Virus record (IMG/VR): IMGVR_UViG_3300029823_000001
Location: 1 to 50,473 of that record
Source of the DNA: a virus
Lineage: Duplodnaviria > Caudoviricetes
Direction: 5' to 3' (one strand)
DNA: 50,473 nucleotides
This document shows, piece by piece, positions 10,019 through 19,662 of the stretch; positions within the stretch are counted from its first letter, which is position 1; the number at the start of each line of letters is the position of its first letter. The position numbers were made by a program, and so were the translations under genes. The notes under the pieces were generated by a model. The model saw nothing but the letters and a program-made list of their open reading frames with translations, was not told the DNA's origin and made no database searches.

Positions 10019-10048
10019 GGCAGTGGCAGCAATGCCCTGCCTTTTTTT
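10019..10048 (+). terminator. Terminator/attenuator after the tail tube gene
   Basis: GGCAGTGGCA-GCAA-TGCCCTGCC followed by a T run. Confidence 0.7.
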
Positions 10049-10633
10049 ATGAAAGCCAAACTAAATCTACAAGCCATAAGAGTAGCCGAGAGACTTTTAA
10101 AAAAACCTTTCGGCGAGTTCGACCTGACCGACGAAGAGACGGTATTAACCTTGATGTATGCGATGGTATCGGAGAATAACGACGAGGTAATGACCTTTGA
10201 CCAGTTCAAATCCATTCTTGATATGGGTAAGATTGGAATGAAGGTTCAAAGAGCCGTATCCGACGAAATGGCATATATCGACCAGTTCAAGGAAGAAGTA
10301 TCAGACAAGGAGGAAAAAGCACCCTACATGGGTGATCTGGCAGCCCTCTTAATCACTTTCGGACTTGATGCACACTTTGTCCTTTACGAGATGAAACTAT
10401 TCGAGATAGGCGATTATATAAAGGCTATCGACGAGCATAAAAAGGAACAGATGGAAAGGGACAGATTATGGACTTTCTATACTATCCTGCCACATATAGA
10501 TCAGAAGAAATTGAAAAAACCACAGGACTTGATGCCATTTCCGTGGGAAAGTGAACAGCTCGAAAAGGACGCTTTGGAACAGTTGGAAAAAGACGAAGAA
10601 ATGTTTAACAAATTCTTTAACAGCACGATATGA
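10049..10633 (+). CDS. Probable tail assembly chaperone
   Basis: Between tail tube and tape measure; C-terminal PQDLMPFPWE motif. Confidence 0.7.
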   Translation: MKAKLNLQAIRVAERLLKKPFGEFDLTDEETVLTLMYAMVSENNDEVMTFDQFKSILDMGKIGMKVQRAVSDEMAYIDQFKEEVSDKEEKAPYMGDLAALLITFGLDAHFVLYEMKLFEIGDYIKAIDEHKKEQMERDRLWTFYTILPHIDQKKLKKPQDLMPFPWESEQLEKDALEQLEKDEEMFNKFFNSTI

Positions 10634-13539
10634 GTAAGATGAATTTCGCCATAGCCCTACGAATGACCACAGACCAGTTCAAAAGGGGCGCAGATGTAGT
10701 TAAAAAGAGTTTGATGCAGCTACAGTACCAGGCGTTAGGTATGGCGTCCGCTTTAGGACTGGGAGGAATAGGACTTAGCAATATGGTGAGCCGCTTTGTT
10801 CAGGTGGCGAGGGAAACTACAAGAGCGAGGGTTGCGTTGAGAAACATTTCCGGCGACGCACAGGGGTTCTCAAAGAACATGGACTTTCTTGTAAAGACTT
10901 CAAACAGGTGGGGGCAGGAACTAAACGGGATGACTTCCGAATTTGCGAAGTTCTCCGCGGCAGCTTCTTCAGCGGGAATTTCCATAGCCGACCAGCACAC
11001 TATTTTTGAATCCTTTACCCGAAGCATTACCGCTTTCGGTATGAGTTCGGAGGATGCACACCTTTCCTATCTGGCACTTTCTCAAATGATGAGTAAGGGT
11101 AAAATTTCATCCGAAGAGTTGAGACGACAGTTGGGTGAAAGGATGCCCGTTGCAATGGAAGCAATGGCGAGAGCGGTCGGTGTAACCATTCAGGAGTTGG
11201 ACGGACTGTTAAAGGCGGGCAAGCTCATTTCAAAGGACGTTATGCTGCCTTTCGTAAAGGAGATGGAAAAGATGCTGCCCGAAGTCAATACGGACAACAT
11301 CGAAACTTCGGTAAACAGGTTAAAGAACACCTTCACACAGTTAACCCAAGACCTTAAGATTGGCGAATACTTCAAAAAGATAGTCGACTGGGCTAACGGA
11401 ATGCTGGGCAATATCCAGACATCGTTCATGCGGGTTGTGGCGGTTATTGTAGCTGCATTTACAAGCGGAAAGATAGCAAAGGCTTATTCGTCACTATCCC
11501 AAAAGGTGATAGCGGAGAATCAGAAAGTTTTAGCCAATAAGGTTCAGGCCGAACAACAAATGGAATTGGCTACTGCAAAAAGGGTTGCAGCTGAAAAGAG
11601 GTACAACGAACTTTCTGTTTTATACTCGAAGGCAACCAACGAGCAAAAAATACAATACTACGCCAAGCTAACCGCCGCAGAATCGGCAATGAACAAGGCG
11701 AGATTAAGAGAGCAGGCTGGATTGAAAGCCGTTCAGGAGGCTAATGCGGCACAGATGGTTACGAGGTGGGGTGTTGCGTACAACGGTCTTAAAAAGATCG
11801 CCATTTCGGCCATTGCAACTATAAAGGCTGCATTTTCCTCTATTGCCATAATGGCGGTTGTTGGAGCGTTGACAAACCTCGTAATGAAAATGGTGGAGAT
11901 TCGCAAAGAGGCTCAACGCATAAAGGATATCACAAGAGATAACGCAAATTCCATATTCTACGCAGGAGATTCTTCCGAGATTCAAAAGATACAATCATTA
12001 CACAAGATAGTAAAAGATAGGCTTGGGACAGAGCGGGAAATAAATATCGCACAGGGTGAGCTATTGAGACTTTTAGGCGTAGAGGACGGCAAACAGGTTG
12101 ATATAAACAAGAAGGTTGCTGAAAGAATAAAACTGTTAAGAGAAGCGGCGAGAGCCGACGTTGCGGCACAGAATAACGCACAGTTAGAACAAAGGAGCAG
12201 AGAGATTATCCAGAAAACCTCAAATGGAGACGCCATAGCATTCAGGCAGTTTTACGATAAGGTTCAAAGGGTGCAGGAGTCTATGGGCAAAAGCCTTAGC
12301 TCTGGCGGTATTTATTCTATTGGGAAAGAGTTCGGGTTAGACACCGGAGGCAGGCTTAGTTCTGGTGAATTTGCGAACCTTATAAGAGAGTTCGAGCAGA
12401 ATACGAAGGCAATTGGGTATAATAATAAAATACTTGAAAATGCTGTTCGTACAGGTGTTGATTTATCGGGTGAAAGCACAACCCAAAACACTCCATCTGG
12501 CGGCGAAGAAAGTAAGAATAAAGCACCTGAAAACATAAAAGCTGAAAGGTTATTCATCGAGAATATTAGAGAAGCGTTCAGTGGCGGTGAAGTAAAACCG
12601 ATCACCCAAAGTCCGTTTATCGTAAAGCAGGAACGGGACACGACGTTTGACTATAAAAAATCACAGTCCGACATATTATCAGAGGAGTATGACCTACAAG
12701 AAAGATACATAGAAAAGCTGAGAGAGGATGCTGTTTCGCTTGGTGAATACGGCAAGGCCGCTATGAGTGAAATTTATCAGGAAGAGCAGAAACTAACATC
12801 CCTTTCCGATGCTCTAAAACTTGCCCAACTCAAAGAGGATATACAGGAAATGAATCTTTCAATCTTTGAACAGTCCATCGACGGAGTAACGGGTTTTGCC
12901 GACGCTTTGGATAGAGCTGCAAGGTCGTGGAGCAGGATTGCCAACGAGGATATGAGCGGATTTGAACGGATGGTTTCGATTATAAACGCCATTGGTGATA
13001 CCATAAAGGGATTGATGGGTACATGGGAGGCTTACACTACTTTGAGAGACTTGATTTCCACAAAAGAACAGGCAATTCAGGCTAAGGATAATATCCTTAA
13101 CGCTCAAAAGATAGCCAACGTATCTACTTTGGCTGCCGTTGAACAGGGTGCTGCCGCTGCGAGCCTTGCAACAAAAAGCACGGAGGTTGCGGCAAATACT
13201 TCCGTCGCTGCGTCAGGTGCTGCTGCGTCTGTAGCAGGAATTCCACTTGCTGGGCCGATGTTGGCTGTCGGTGCTGTCGCTTCAATACTCGCTCTTTTGG
13301 GCGGTCTGCCGAAATTTACCGACGGAGGTATTTTCGCAGGACTGAAAGGAGGGGACAGGAATTTAGCGAGGTTGAACGGTGGCGAAATGATAATGACTAC
13401 ACCGCAACAGTCCAAACTGTGGGGAGCGATCAAAACGGGTCAGTTCGGCGGCGGCAGTGGAGACGTCAGATTCACAATAGAAGGTACTAAACTTGTGGGG
13501 ATTTTAAATCAGATGAAATCCAAACAGTCGAGAATTTAG
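10630..13539 (+). CDS. Tail tape measure protein
   Basis: ALSQMMSKGKISSEELRRQLGERMP tape-measure domain; Ala-rich; C-terminal FTDGGI...LNGGEMI. Confidence 0.95.
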   Translation: MSKMNFAIALRMTTDQFKRGADVVKKSLMQLQYQALGMASALGLGGIGLSNMVSRFVQVARETTRARVALRNISGDAQGFSKNMDFLVKTSNRWGQELNGMTSEFAKFSAAASSAGISIADQHTIFESFTRSITAFGMSSEDAHLSYLALSQMMSKGKISSEELRRQLGERMPVAMEAMARAVGVTIQELDGLLKAGKLISKDVMLPFVKEMEKMLPEVNTDNIETSVNRLKNTFTQLTQDLKIGEYFKKIVDWANGMLGNIQTSFMRVVAVIVAAFTSGKIAKAYSSLSQKVIAENQKVLANKVQAEQQMELATAKRVAAEKRYNELSVLYSKATNEQKIQYYAKLTAAESAMNKARLREQAGLKAVQEANAAQMVTRWGVAYNGLKKIAISAIATIKAAFSSIAIMAVVGALTNLVMKMVEIRKEAQRIKDITRDNANSIFYAGDSSEIQKIQSLHKIVKDRLGTEREINIAQGELLRLLGVEDGKQVDINKKVAERIKLLREAARADVAAQNNAQLEQRSREIIQKTSNGDAIAFRQFYDKVQRVQESMGKSLSSGGIYSIGKEFGLDTGGRLSSGEFANLIREFEQNTKAIGYNNKILENAVRTGVDLSGESTTQNTPSGGEESKNKAPENIKAERLFIENIREAFSGGEVKPITQSPFIVKQERDTTFDYKKSQSDILSEEYDLQERYIEKLREDAVSLGEYGKAAMSEIYQEEQKLTSLSDALKLAQLKEDIQEMNLSIFEQSIDGVTGFADALDRAARSWSRIANEDMSGFERMVSIINAIGDTIKGLMGTWEAYTTLRDLISTKEQAIQAKDNILNAQKIANVSTLAAVEQGAAAASLATKSTEVAANTSVAASGAAASVAGIPLAGPMLAVGAVASILALLGGLPKFTDGGIFAGLKGGDRNLARLNGGEMIMTTPQQSKLWGAIKTGQFGGGSGDVRFTIEGTKLVGILNQMKSKQSRI

Positions 13540-13573
13540 TACTAAAACGCTTTAACGTACCCTATTAATAAAG
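13539..13573 (+). promoter_or_regulatory. Putative phage late promoter, copy 3 (GTACTAAAA-N13-CCTATTAATAAAG)
   Basis: Occupies almost the whole intergenic gap after the tape measure gene; same motif and spacing as the other two copies. Confidence 0.7.
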
Positions 13574-13578
13574 GATTC

Positions 13579-15612
13579 ATGCTGAAATACATCATACCAT
13601 TTAAAACACTTTCCAATATTTCATGCGAGATAAGGTTGGAAGAGGCGAACTACTCCGGCGAACCGATAGAGTTAAAAGCCGGAGCGGTTCCTTTTTCCAT
13701 TCAGATTGACGAATCTGACCTTATTACCCCTGTGAGGTCTTCCGGTGCGACTATAGAGGTTTATGGTTCCGACTATCTACATGACTTATACACAAGCGAC
13801 CCGCAGGGGATTAAGGTAACCTTGCTGGCTGGTGGAGTGGTTAAGTGGCTTGGTTATCTCACACCGGACACGTTTTCCCAAGACTTTTCCTCACCGGAAT
13901 TCATCTACGAGATGGAGGCAGTGGCCGCTTTTTCAACTCTTAAATACAAGAAATTTGACCTGACTGCCGATTTTGTTTCATTCATGGACATAGTCAATAA
14001 GGCTATAGAATACTCCGGATACAGTGGATATTATCTCACCACTTCGGTAATGGCCGGAAGTGAGAGTTACTATTCGCTAAAGATACCTTCTGCCAACTTT
14101 TACGACGAGCTGGGCGATCCGATGACGTATTACGAGGCCATGGAAGAGATCGCAAAGTATGGCGTTCTTCTCACGTGGGTTCCGTTCGGAGACAAGCTAT
14201 ATCTTATCGACTACAAAGCCCAAAGAGAGGGATATAATTCATATCTGACCGAGGATGGAGCGGTCACGCTTAGCGATATAAAGGATGTAAGGGATTATCG
14301 GGGAACAGGGGCTAAAATAAGCAGGATACCGGGCAAAAACAAGGCCACGGTAAACAGTTCGCTATATGAGATAAAAGACCTGATTCCAGAATTTGACGAT
14401 GCGAAATCAAGCGTATTCTCCATCGATCCGATGACTGAATATACCGACGTGATAAAAATAAACAAGGAAAATGTTGAGTATAGGGGAATAATAAGAAGAT
14501 ACAATCAGCCTAAATTCACATTTTTCCATTATGCAAACGGCAATCCGGCGTATCCGATTGATGCCGTTTCTCCTCCGATATTGACCAGCACCGGATCGGG
14601 GTTTGTTCGGACGGCTGAATTCAGAACCGATTCGCCACCGAGTTCATTGAGCATGAAGAACGAGGTTCAGGTGAAGATGGCTTTGGGTTATTCATCCGCA
14701 GCTGCAGGTTACCTGAAAAATACAAGTCCGGTTATCCGGTTCAAATCTGAAAAACAGGTACTGGTACATAAAAACGTGTGGTTCTGTCTTGGGTTAAGTT
14801 TTCGATATGCGCACATGGAGTGGGCAAAAGATATCACGGGGCTTGACTATTCAAGCAAGTCGGATATTGTCATACAGCAGCGTGCAAAATTAAGGATAGG
14901 AGAATACTATTATAACGGGAGTTCATGGGTGAAGCGTGATTCAACCTTTAGCGCACCGGTCACAATAAAGAAGAAGAGCGGACTGTTAAGTACAACTTTT
15001 TCAATAGACAATAAAAATACATACGACAAGGGGCTGGGTGATCTGACCGGATACGTTTTCAAGGCTCCGTACTTTCCTGTCATAGGTGATGTGGAATTGA
15101 CGATATACGCCACGCCGCCACCAATAATTGTCCTTAATCCGATTTACAAGGATTTTATCCAGTACATGTATTATTCCGACATTGAGCTGGCATATAGCAT
15201 TCCGGACGAAAGTTCTATTTACGGTGACTGGGTAGACAAAGATTCGAAAAACGATATTGTATATGAGAATGAAATTTCCTACGACTATGTGGAAGAAGCC
15301 GACGACATAGAACTGAAGATATGCACAAACCCCGACGGTAAACTTGCCTTGAGTTCCGTGATGAAAGGAAACGATTTTCTGACGGAGGTAACCCATCCAG
15401 TCTACGGGACTGGAAAACCGGAAAACCTGATACTGTTGAAGATGACGGACATATACGGCAGTCCGAGATTTGCGATCAGCCCTACCCTGAAAAACGATGC
15501 AAAACCATATTCCGTGTATATCGAGCCGCACCTGAACAGGGTGTATATGGTCGCAGGTGGTGAGGAGGATGTAAAGATGGAGAGCTGTACTTATAACCTG
15601 ATCGAATTATGA
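13579..15612 (+). CDS. Tail tip / baseplate hub-like structural protein
   Basis: 677 aa directly after the tape measure; beta-rich; WLGYLTPDTFSQ typical of Bacteroidota siphophage tail proteins. Confidence 0.65.
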   Translation: MLKYIIPFKTLSNISCEIRLEEANYSGEPIELKAGAVPFSIQIDESDLITPVRSSGATIEVYGSDYLHDLYTSDPQGIKVTLLAGGVVKWLGYLTPDTFSQDFSSPEFIYEMEAVAAFSTLKYKKFDLTADFVSFMDIVNKAIEYSGYSGYYLTTSVMAGSESYYSLKIPSANFYDELGDPMTYYEAMEEIAKYGVLLTWVPFGDKLYLIDYKAQREGYNSYLTEDGAVTLSDIKDVRDYRGTGAKISRIPGKNKATVNSSLYEIKDLIPEFDDAKSSVFSIDPMTEYTDVIKINKENVEYRGIIRRYNQPKFTFFHYANGNPAYPIDAVSPPILTSTGSGFVRTAEFRTDSPPSSLSMKNEVQVKMALGYSSAAAGYLKNTSPVIRFKSEKQVLVHKNVWFCLGLSFRYAHMEWAKDITGLDYSSKSDIVIQQRAKLRIGEYYYNGSSWVKRDSTFSAPVTIKKKSGLLSTTFSIDNKNTYDKGLGDLTGYVFKAPYFPVIGDVELTIYATPPPIIVLNPIYKDFIQYMYYSDIELAYSIPDESSIYGDWVDKDSKNDIVYENEISYDYVEEADDIELKICTNPDGKLALSSVMKGNDFLTEVTHPVYGTGKPENLILLKMTDIYGSPRFAISPTLKNDAKPYSVYIEPHLNRVYMVAGGEEDVKMESCTYNLIEL

Positions 15613-16307
15613 TAAGCAAGAAGACATATATCCCTGCAAGGCCGAGAAGCGACAAGCTCACCACGGTAGATAAAAGGAAGACTTTCAAAAGCCAGATTCA
15701 AAACATTGAGTTCGAGTTGAGAAAGGATATAGAAAATTATCAGCTTGACAATGACGGAATACTTGATGACAGCGAGAAGATAAGTCTGAAACTTCTACAG
15801 AACGAGGTACAGGCTAAAAAACTAAAATGGATGTCGGAGGTAAATTCCATATCGAATAGCATCTATCTGGCAGGATACCACAAGGACGCACTGTTGGCGT
15901 TATCCGAACCGATGCTTTCCACCGGAGGTATAATCGACACGCTTGTGTTGCGCATCAATGAGATTATTCTTGGCGACGGAACCATACCGGACGATTATAA
16001 ATACAGATACGAAAAGGCTCTTTCGCTTTACTTCGACAACATAGACCCGCTCGAGCTTGCCATCACGGGTGCAAGATCAGCCATTGAGGCTGAAATAAAG
16101 AGAAGAGCCGATTCTGGTTCGGGAGAGATACCTTCCGGAGGTGAGAACGAGTTGAGGGAATACGACTTGAGGTTCGACGGGAAATACTGGAACAATGTAG
16201 GATTTATAGAAATAGACATGAATGCGATACAGATTAACAAGATAAAGTTTCTGTCCGACGACCAGAACTCGTGGACGGATGAACAGGGCAGGAGGGTGAT
16301 ATTATGA
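15609..16307 (+). CDS. Tail protein, probably the N-terminal portion of a fibre/spike
   Basis: DGILDDSEK helical motif; ends with GGENEL...F..W. Confidence 0.55.
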   Translation: MISKKTYIPARPRSDKLTTVDKRKTFKSQIQNIEFELRKDIENYQLDNDGILDDSEKISLKLLQNEVQAKKLKWMSEVNSISNSIYLAGYHKDALLALSEPMLSTGGIIDTLVLRINEIILGDGTIPDDYKYRYEKALSLYFDNIDPLELAITGARSAIEAEIKRRADSGSGEIPSGGENELREYDLRFDGKYWNNVGFIEIDMNAIQINKIKFLSDDQNSWTDEQGRRVIL

Positions 16308-16675
16308 GTACGGTAAGACTTGACGATGCTAACATACCAGTTGCATCCACGATTGTGGGACTGACCGTGACTGGCGTTCAGGGGGGTCAGGTAGTACAGG
16401 TTCCCCCGTCGCTATTGAAAGGCAATAAGGGAGACACGGGCGACCCGTTGACGTTTCCCGACTTGACACCGGAAGAGATAGCCATATTGCAGCAGCCAGC
16501 CACGGATATGATCGCCGACGTGAATCTGGCAATAGGCGAGGCAGATACAGCTACGCAGGCTGCTAATGATGCGGCGGGGGCAGCACAGGCACAGGCTGAC
16601 AGGGTAAGTGCGATAACTGTTCTCACTTCCGAACCCGTATTAGACTTAACCGAATACAACGAGATAACGATATGA
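16304..16675 (+). CDS. Tail fibre-associated protein with short collagen-like segment
   Basis: KGNKGDTGD, LTPEEIAIL, Ala-rich coil. Confidence 0.55.
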   Translation: MSTVRLDDANIPVASTIVGLTVTGVQGGQVVQVPPSLLKGNKGDTGDPLTFPDLTPEEIAILQQPATDMIADVNLAIGEADTATQAANDAAGAAQAQADRVSAITVLTSEPVLDLTEYNEITI

Positions 16676-17316
16676 AGATAAGAATTGGAAACGACTTTAT
16701 GTTTGCATGGGAGATTGAAAGAAACGGACTTCCCGAATATCTTTCATCCGTGCTCGAAAAACACTTGTATTTGTCCGTACTGGGCAAGAGAGTTGAACTG
16801 TTAGAGGGTGTCGATTATGACATAACTGGAAACGTTGTCAGAATAGAGGTAACTCCGACAATTGCAAATATCATAGGCTCCTACAATCTTGAATTAACCT
16901 ATACTCTTTCCGATGTAACCCTGTCGGATGCCGACAGGAGATGTGCGGTGGATGTGGATGCGTTTCAAATCGTTGCGAGAACTGCACAGGCTGACGACCC
17001 TTCTGAGTTTACCATTACTTCCGACATGGCTATAGCCTTTCGGGGAAAATCGGCTTATGAGGTATGGCTTGAAACACACGCTGGAACAGTTGCCGATTAC
17101 GAGGCATGGATTAAACAGCCTGCGTTAGAAGCGGCGGGAGTAGCAAACGGTGCAGCAGAATTGGCAAATTCAAAAGCTGGATTAGCTAATACGGCAGCCC
17201 AAACGGCAAATACCGCGGCTGGATTTGCAGATGCTGCACGCTTATCAATACAGGCAGATTTAGCATTAAAATTAGAATCAGTAACCTATTCGGAAACAGA
17301 ATATAACGAAATATAA
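16672..17316 (+). CDS. Tail fibre-associated protein
   Basis: MKIRIGNDF, GKSAYEVW...GT..DY..W motif, Ala-rich coil. Confidence 0.6.
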   Translation: MKIRIGNDFMFAWEIERNGLPEYLSSVLEKHLYLSVLGKRVELLEGVDYDITGNVVRIEVTPTIANIIGSYNLELTYTLSDVTLSDADRRCAVDVDAFQIVARTAQADDPSEFTITSDMAIAFRGKSAYEVWLETHAGTVADYEAWIKQPALEAAGVANGAAELANSKAGLANTAAQTANTAAGFADAARLSIQADLALKLESVTYSETEYNEI

Positions 17317-17317
17317 T

Positions 17318-17857
17318 ATGGCAAAGATAGAAAAACTTAAAAAGGATGTTGAGGGTGTAGCTACGACGGTTTACCCCGTAACAATTCCGCAAGCAGTAAT
17401 CGACCCTACAAGCGGAAAGAGTGCAAGAGTAGAACTTGATGAAAAAGCCAAACATGGCTACGAATCGAATCCCAAGACGCTGAAAGAGGTGGACAACGAA
17501 AAGGCGGCTCATGGATACGGAGCAGAACCGCAGAAAACGCTGAAACAAGTGGATGACGAAGTGATTCAATTAGCGGGCGATGTGAAAGATACTACCGAAA
17601 AAGCGGGAGCGGCATCATTGGCGGAATTGAACGCAAGGTTGCTTGCACTCGAAAAGATTGTAAGCAGCACCCTTCGCTCCAAGATTGAAGTAACCAGAGA
17701 ATTTAACGTTTGGGGAAAAACAAACCTCATTCTTTACGGTGCAGGGGCGAATACAAAAGCACCTGATTTTATAGGTCAAAAATATATCGACACAACAGGC
17801 GGTAACGTATATGTTGCTGTCGGAACAACAAGTGCAGGAAACTGGAAATTAGTTTAA
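17318..17857 (+). CDS. Tail fibre-associated protein with internal tandem repeat
   Basis: VYPVTIPQAV; duplicated EKA.HGY...KTLK.VD; C-terminal APDFIGQKYIDT...W. Confidence 0.6.
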   Translation: MAKIEKLKKDVEGVATTVYPVTIPQAVIDPTSGKSARVELDEKAKHGYESNPKTLKEVDNEKAAHGYGAEPQKTLKQVDDEVIQLAGDVKDTTEKAGAASLAELNARLLALEKIVSSTLRSKIEVTREFNVWGKTNLILYGAGANTKAPDFIGQKYIDTTGGNVYVAVGTTSAGNWKLV

Positions 17858-17859
17858 TT

Positions 17860-19095
17860 ATGGAATACATAAAAAATTACGAAAATCAGGCAGCTTATAA
17901 TGCCGACACCACAAGACCTCAGGACAGTTCAGTCGTTAGTAATGTCGAAACACTAGGAGTGAAATACGATGGCAAGAATGTTTTCGTGCCGAAGGAGAGT
18001 GCAGACGTGGGAGATATTGTTGTTGTTGACAACGGTGAGTTGAGGTACATCAAGCTCGACACCTACGATGCAGCACTAACAACCGTAGAGCCTATTGGGG
18101 TAGTGTATTACCGCACCAACGGGGAGATAAGGGTTATTTATAAAGCATCTCTCGGCAATGCACAATGGGCAGCACCATTCAGGGCTAAGGTGGAGGGATT
18201 CGACCTTGTTAATGGCGGTACTCACACTATCACGGTTAACTCATCGGCATATCCTTTCACCTTTTCAGCGGGAGCATCGTTGGCAGATGTGTCCGCAGCT
18301 ATTCTCGCAGCACTTCCAACTGATGTAGGGTGGAGCGTTGAAACGAAGGTCGGATATGTGGTGATACAGCGCAGCTGGTACACCCCAGCAATCAGCACGT
18401 TTACCGTGAGCGGATTAACAGCAACAATCTTAAATGCTGACTATCAGGCGCAATATACAGGATTCCTGACGGCATACCTGAATTTTATGCGAGAAAACGG
18501 CTACTCTCACGCTTATGCAGGGGCTAACTACGAGCGATTCCTACAATACTACGAGGTGAGCGGTAGTGATGCGACAGGTGTTGACCCCTCTGTTTATAGT
18601 GTTGTTAAGAGAAGCGTATTTAACGAGGTTGACAATCCATTATTGGTGTCAGCTTATGGCACATACGAAAATTATATCCTTGACAACTTAGTCAAGATGC
18701 CATATAGCAAGGATGCGATTGCCGATAATGACGGTAAATCAAACACCGAAAAACTCATATCCTACACATACATAGACGATGATGGCGTGGAAAAGCCCTC
18801 TTTCCCTGCGGCACATGCAGCTTCGAGTGTATCAGCGGGGAATGTGAATTGGTGGCTGCCGAGCGCAGAAGAGATGGCGATATTAGTTCGTGGAGTGAAG
18901 CTGAATTATTCTGACCCTCTAAGCAGGGCACTGTACAAGATAGGGGATAGGTTCGCCATTACGTCCACACATTGGACTTCATCGGAGCGCCTTTCCAACA
19001 CCAGTTGGGTTTACAACGGCGGCGGCGGCAACATGACCAGCAGCTACAAGGGCAATTCGACCGTGGTTCGTGCCGTCTCAGCTTTTTACTTTTAA
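17860..19095 (+). CDS. DGR target protein with C-terminal C-type-lectin-like (DUF1566-like) domain; likely receptor-binding
   Basis: DGKSNT, WWLPSAEE, HWTSSE...SW...VRAVSAF; the 3' end carries the VR. Confidence 0.9.
   Translation: MEYIKNYENQAAYNADTTRPQDSSVVSNVETLGVKYDGKNVFVPKESADVGDIVVVDNGELRYIKLDTYDAALTTVEPIGVVYYRTNGEIRVIYKASLGNAQWAAPFRAKVEGFDLVNGGTHTITVNSSAYPFTFSAGASLADVSAAILAALPTDVGWSVETKVGYVVIQRSWYTPAISTFTVSGLTATILNADYQAQYTGFLTAYLNFMRENGYSHAYAGANYERFLQYYEVSGSDATGVDPSVYSVVKRSVFNEVDNPLLVSAYGTYENYILDNLVKMPYSKDAIADNDGKSNTEKLISYTYIDDDGVEKPSFPAAHAASSVSAGNVNWWLPSAEEMAILVRGVKLNYSDPLSRALYKIGDRFAITSTHWTSSERLSNTSWVYNGGGGNMTSSYKGNSTVVRAVSAFYF
18984..19088 (+). repeat. DGR variable repeat (VR) with IMH
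   Basis: The 98-bp core 18984-19081 aligns without gaps to 19557-19654 with 18 mismatches, all at codon positions 1-2. Confidence 0.93.
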
Positions 19096-19105
19096 CTTTT
19101 AACTT

Positions 19106-19118
19106 GCGGCGAAGCCGC
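19106..19118 (+). promoter_or_regulatory. DGR target-recognition hairpin
   Basis: GCGGC-GAA-GCCGC immediately downstream of the VR/stop; no equivalent after the TR. Confidence 0.75.
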
Positions 19119-19128
19119 GCTTAGCATT

Positions 19129-19473
19129 ATGTTTAGGAATTTGCAGATATACAAAGATTCGTACCAACTCTCAAAAGCGATACACAGGGCATTGCCAAAG
19201 ATGTCTCGCTTCGATAGGTTTTCGTTAGGCTCTATGCTATTCGAGAAGTCATTGATGTTGGTCGATGGAGTTATAAAAGCAAATTCGCTAAGAGGAAGAG
19301 AGCGAGTGGATGTGCTTGAGAATCTTATAGGCACGTTCGGGGTTGTTGAGGCACTGATTAGGATTGCATCGGATGAAAAAATGTGGGATCAAAAAACCCT
19401 TGCTCCGATGTTTCTACTAATTAGCGATATATCAAAGCAAGCAAACGCTTGGAAGCGTTCTACCAGAATATGA
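19129..19473 (+). CDS. avd: DGR accessory variability determinant (Avd-like four-helix bundle)
   Basis: 114 aa, basic, LQIYKDSYQL...RFSLG...ISKQANAW; lies between target and TR. Confidence 0.88.
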   Translation: MFRNLQIYKDSYQLSKAIHRALPKMSRFDRFSLGSMLFEKSLMLVDGVIKANSLRGRERVDVLENLIGTFGVVEALIRIASDEKMWDQKTLAPMFLLISDISKQANAWKRSTRI

Positions 19474-19556
19474 TAACAATGGAGTGTCATAGAGTGTATT
19501 CTAATAAAAAGGGCTGCCCGCTATCATTTATAGCTATTTCACAAGGGGTAGTAAGA

Positions 19557-19661
19557 GGAGCGCTATTCCAACTCCAGTTGGGTTTACTACGGCAGCAACG
19601 GCGGCATGAACTACTTCAACAAGCACTATTCGACCGTGGTTCGTGCCGTCTCAGAATTTTA
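19557..19661 (+). ncRNA. DGR template repeat (TR), atypically depleted of AAC/AAT codons
   Basis: Canonical position between avd and RT; repeat of the VR; see finding on the mismatch spectrum. Confidence 0.8.
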
Positions 19662-19662
19662 T

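Noticed and set aside
10049-10633. Programmed frameshift in the tail assembly chaperone
   Set aside because: A single ORF already fills the gap up to the tape measure gene; I saw no second-frame extension.
1481-15531. Numerous minus-strand ORFs opposite the structural genes
   Set aside because: Shadows of well-supported plus-strand genes; no motifs.
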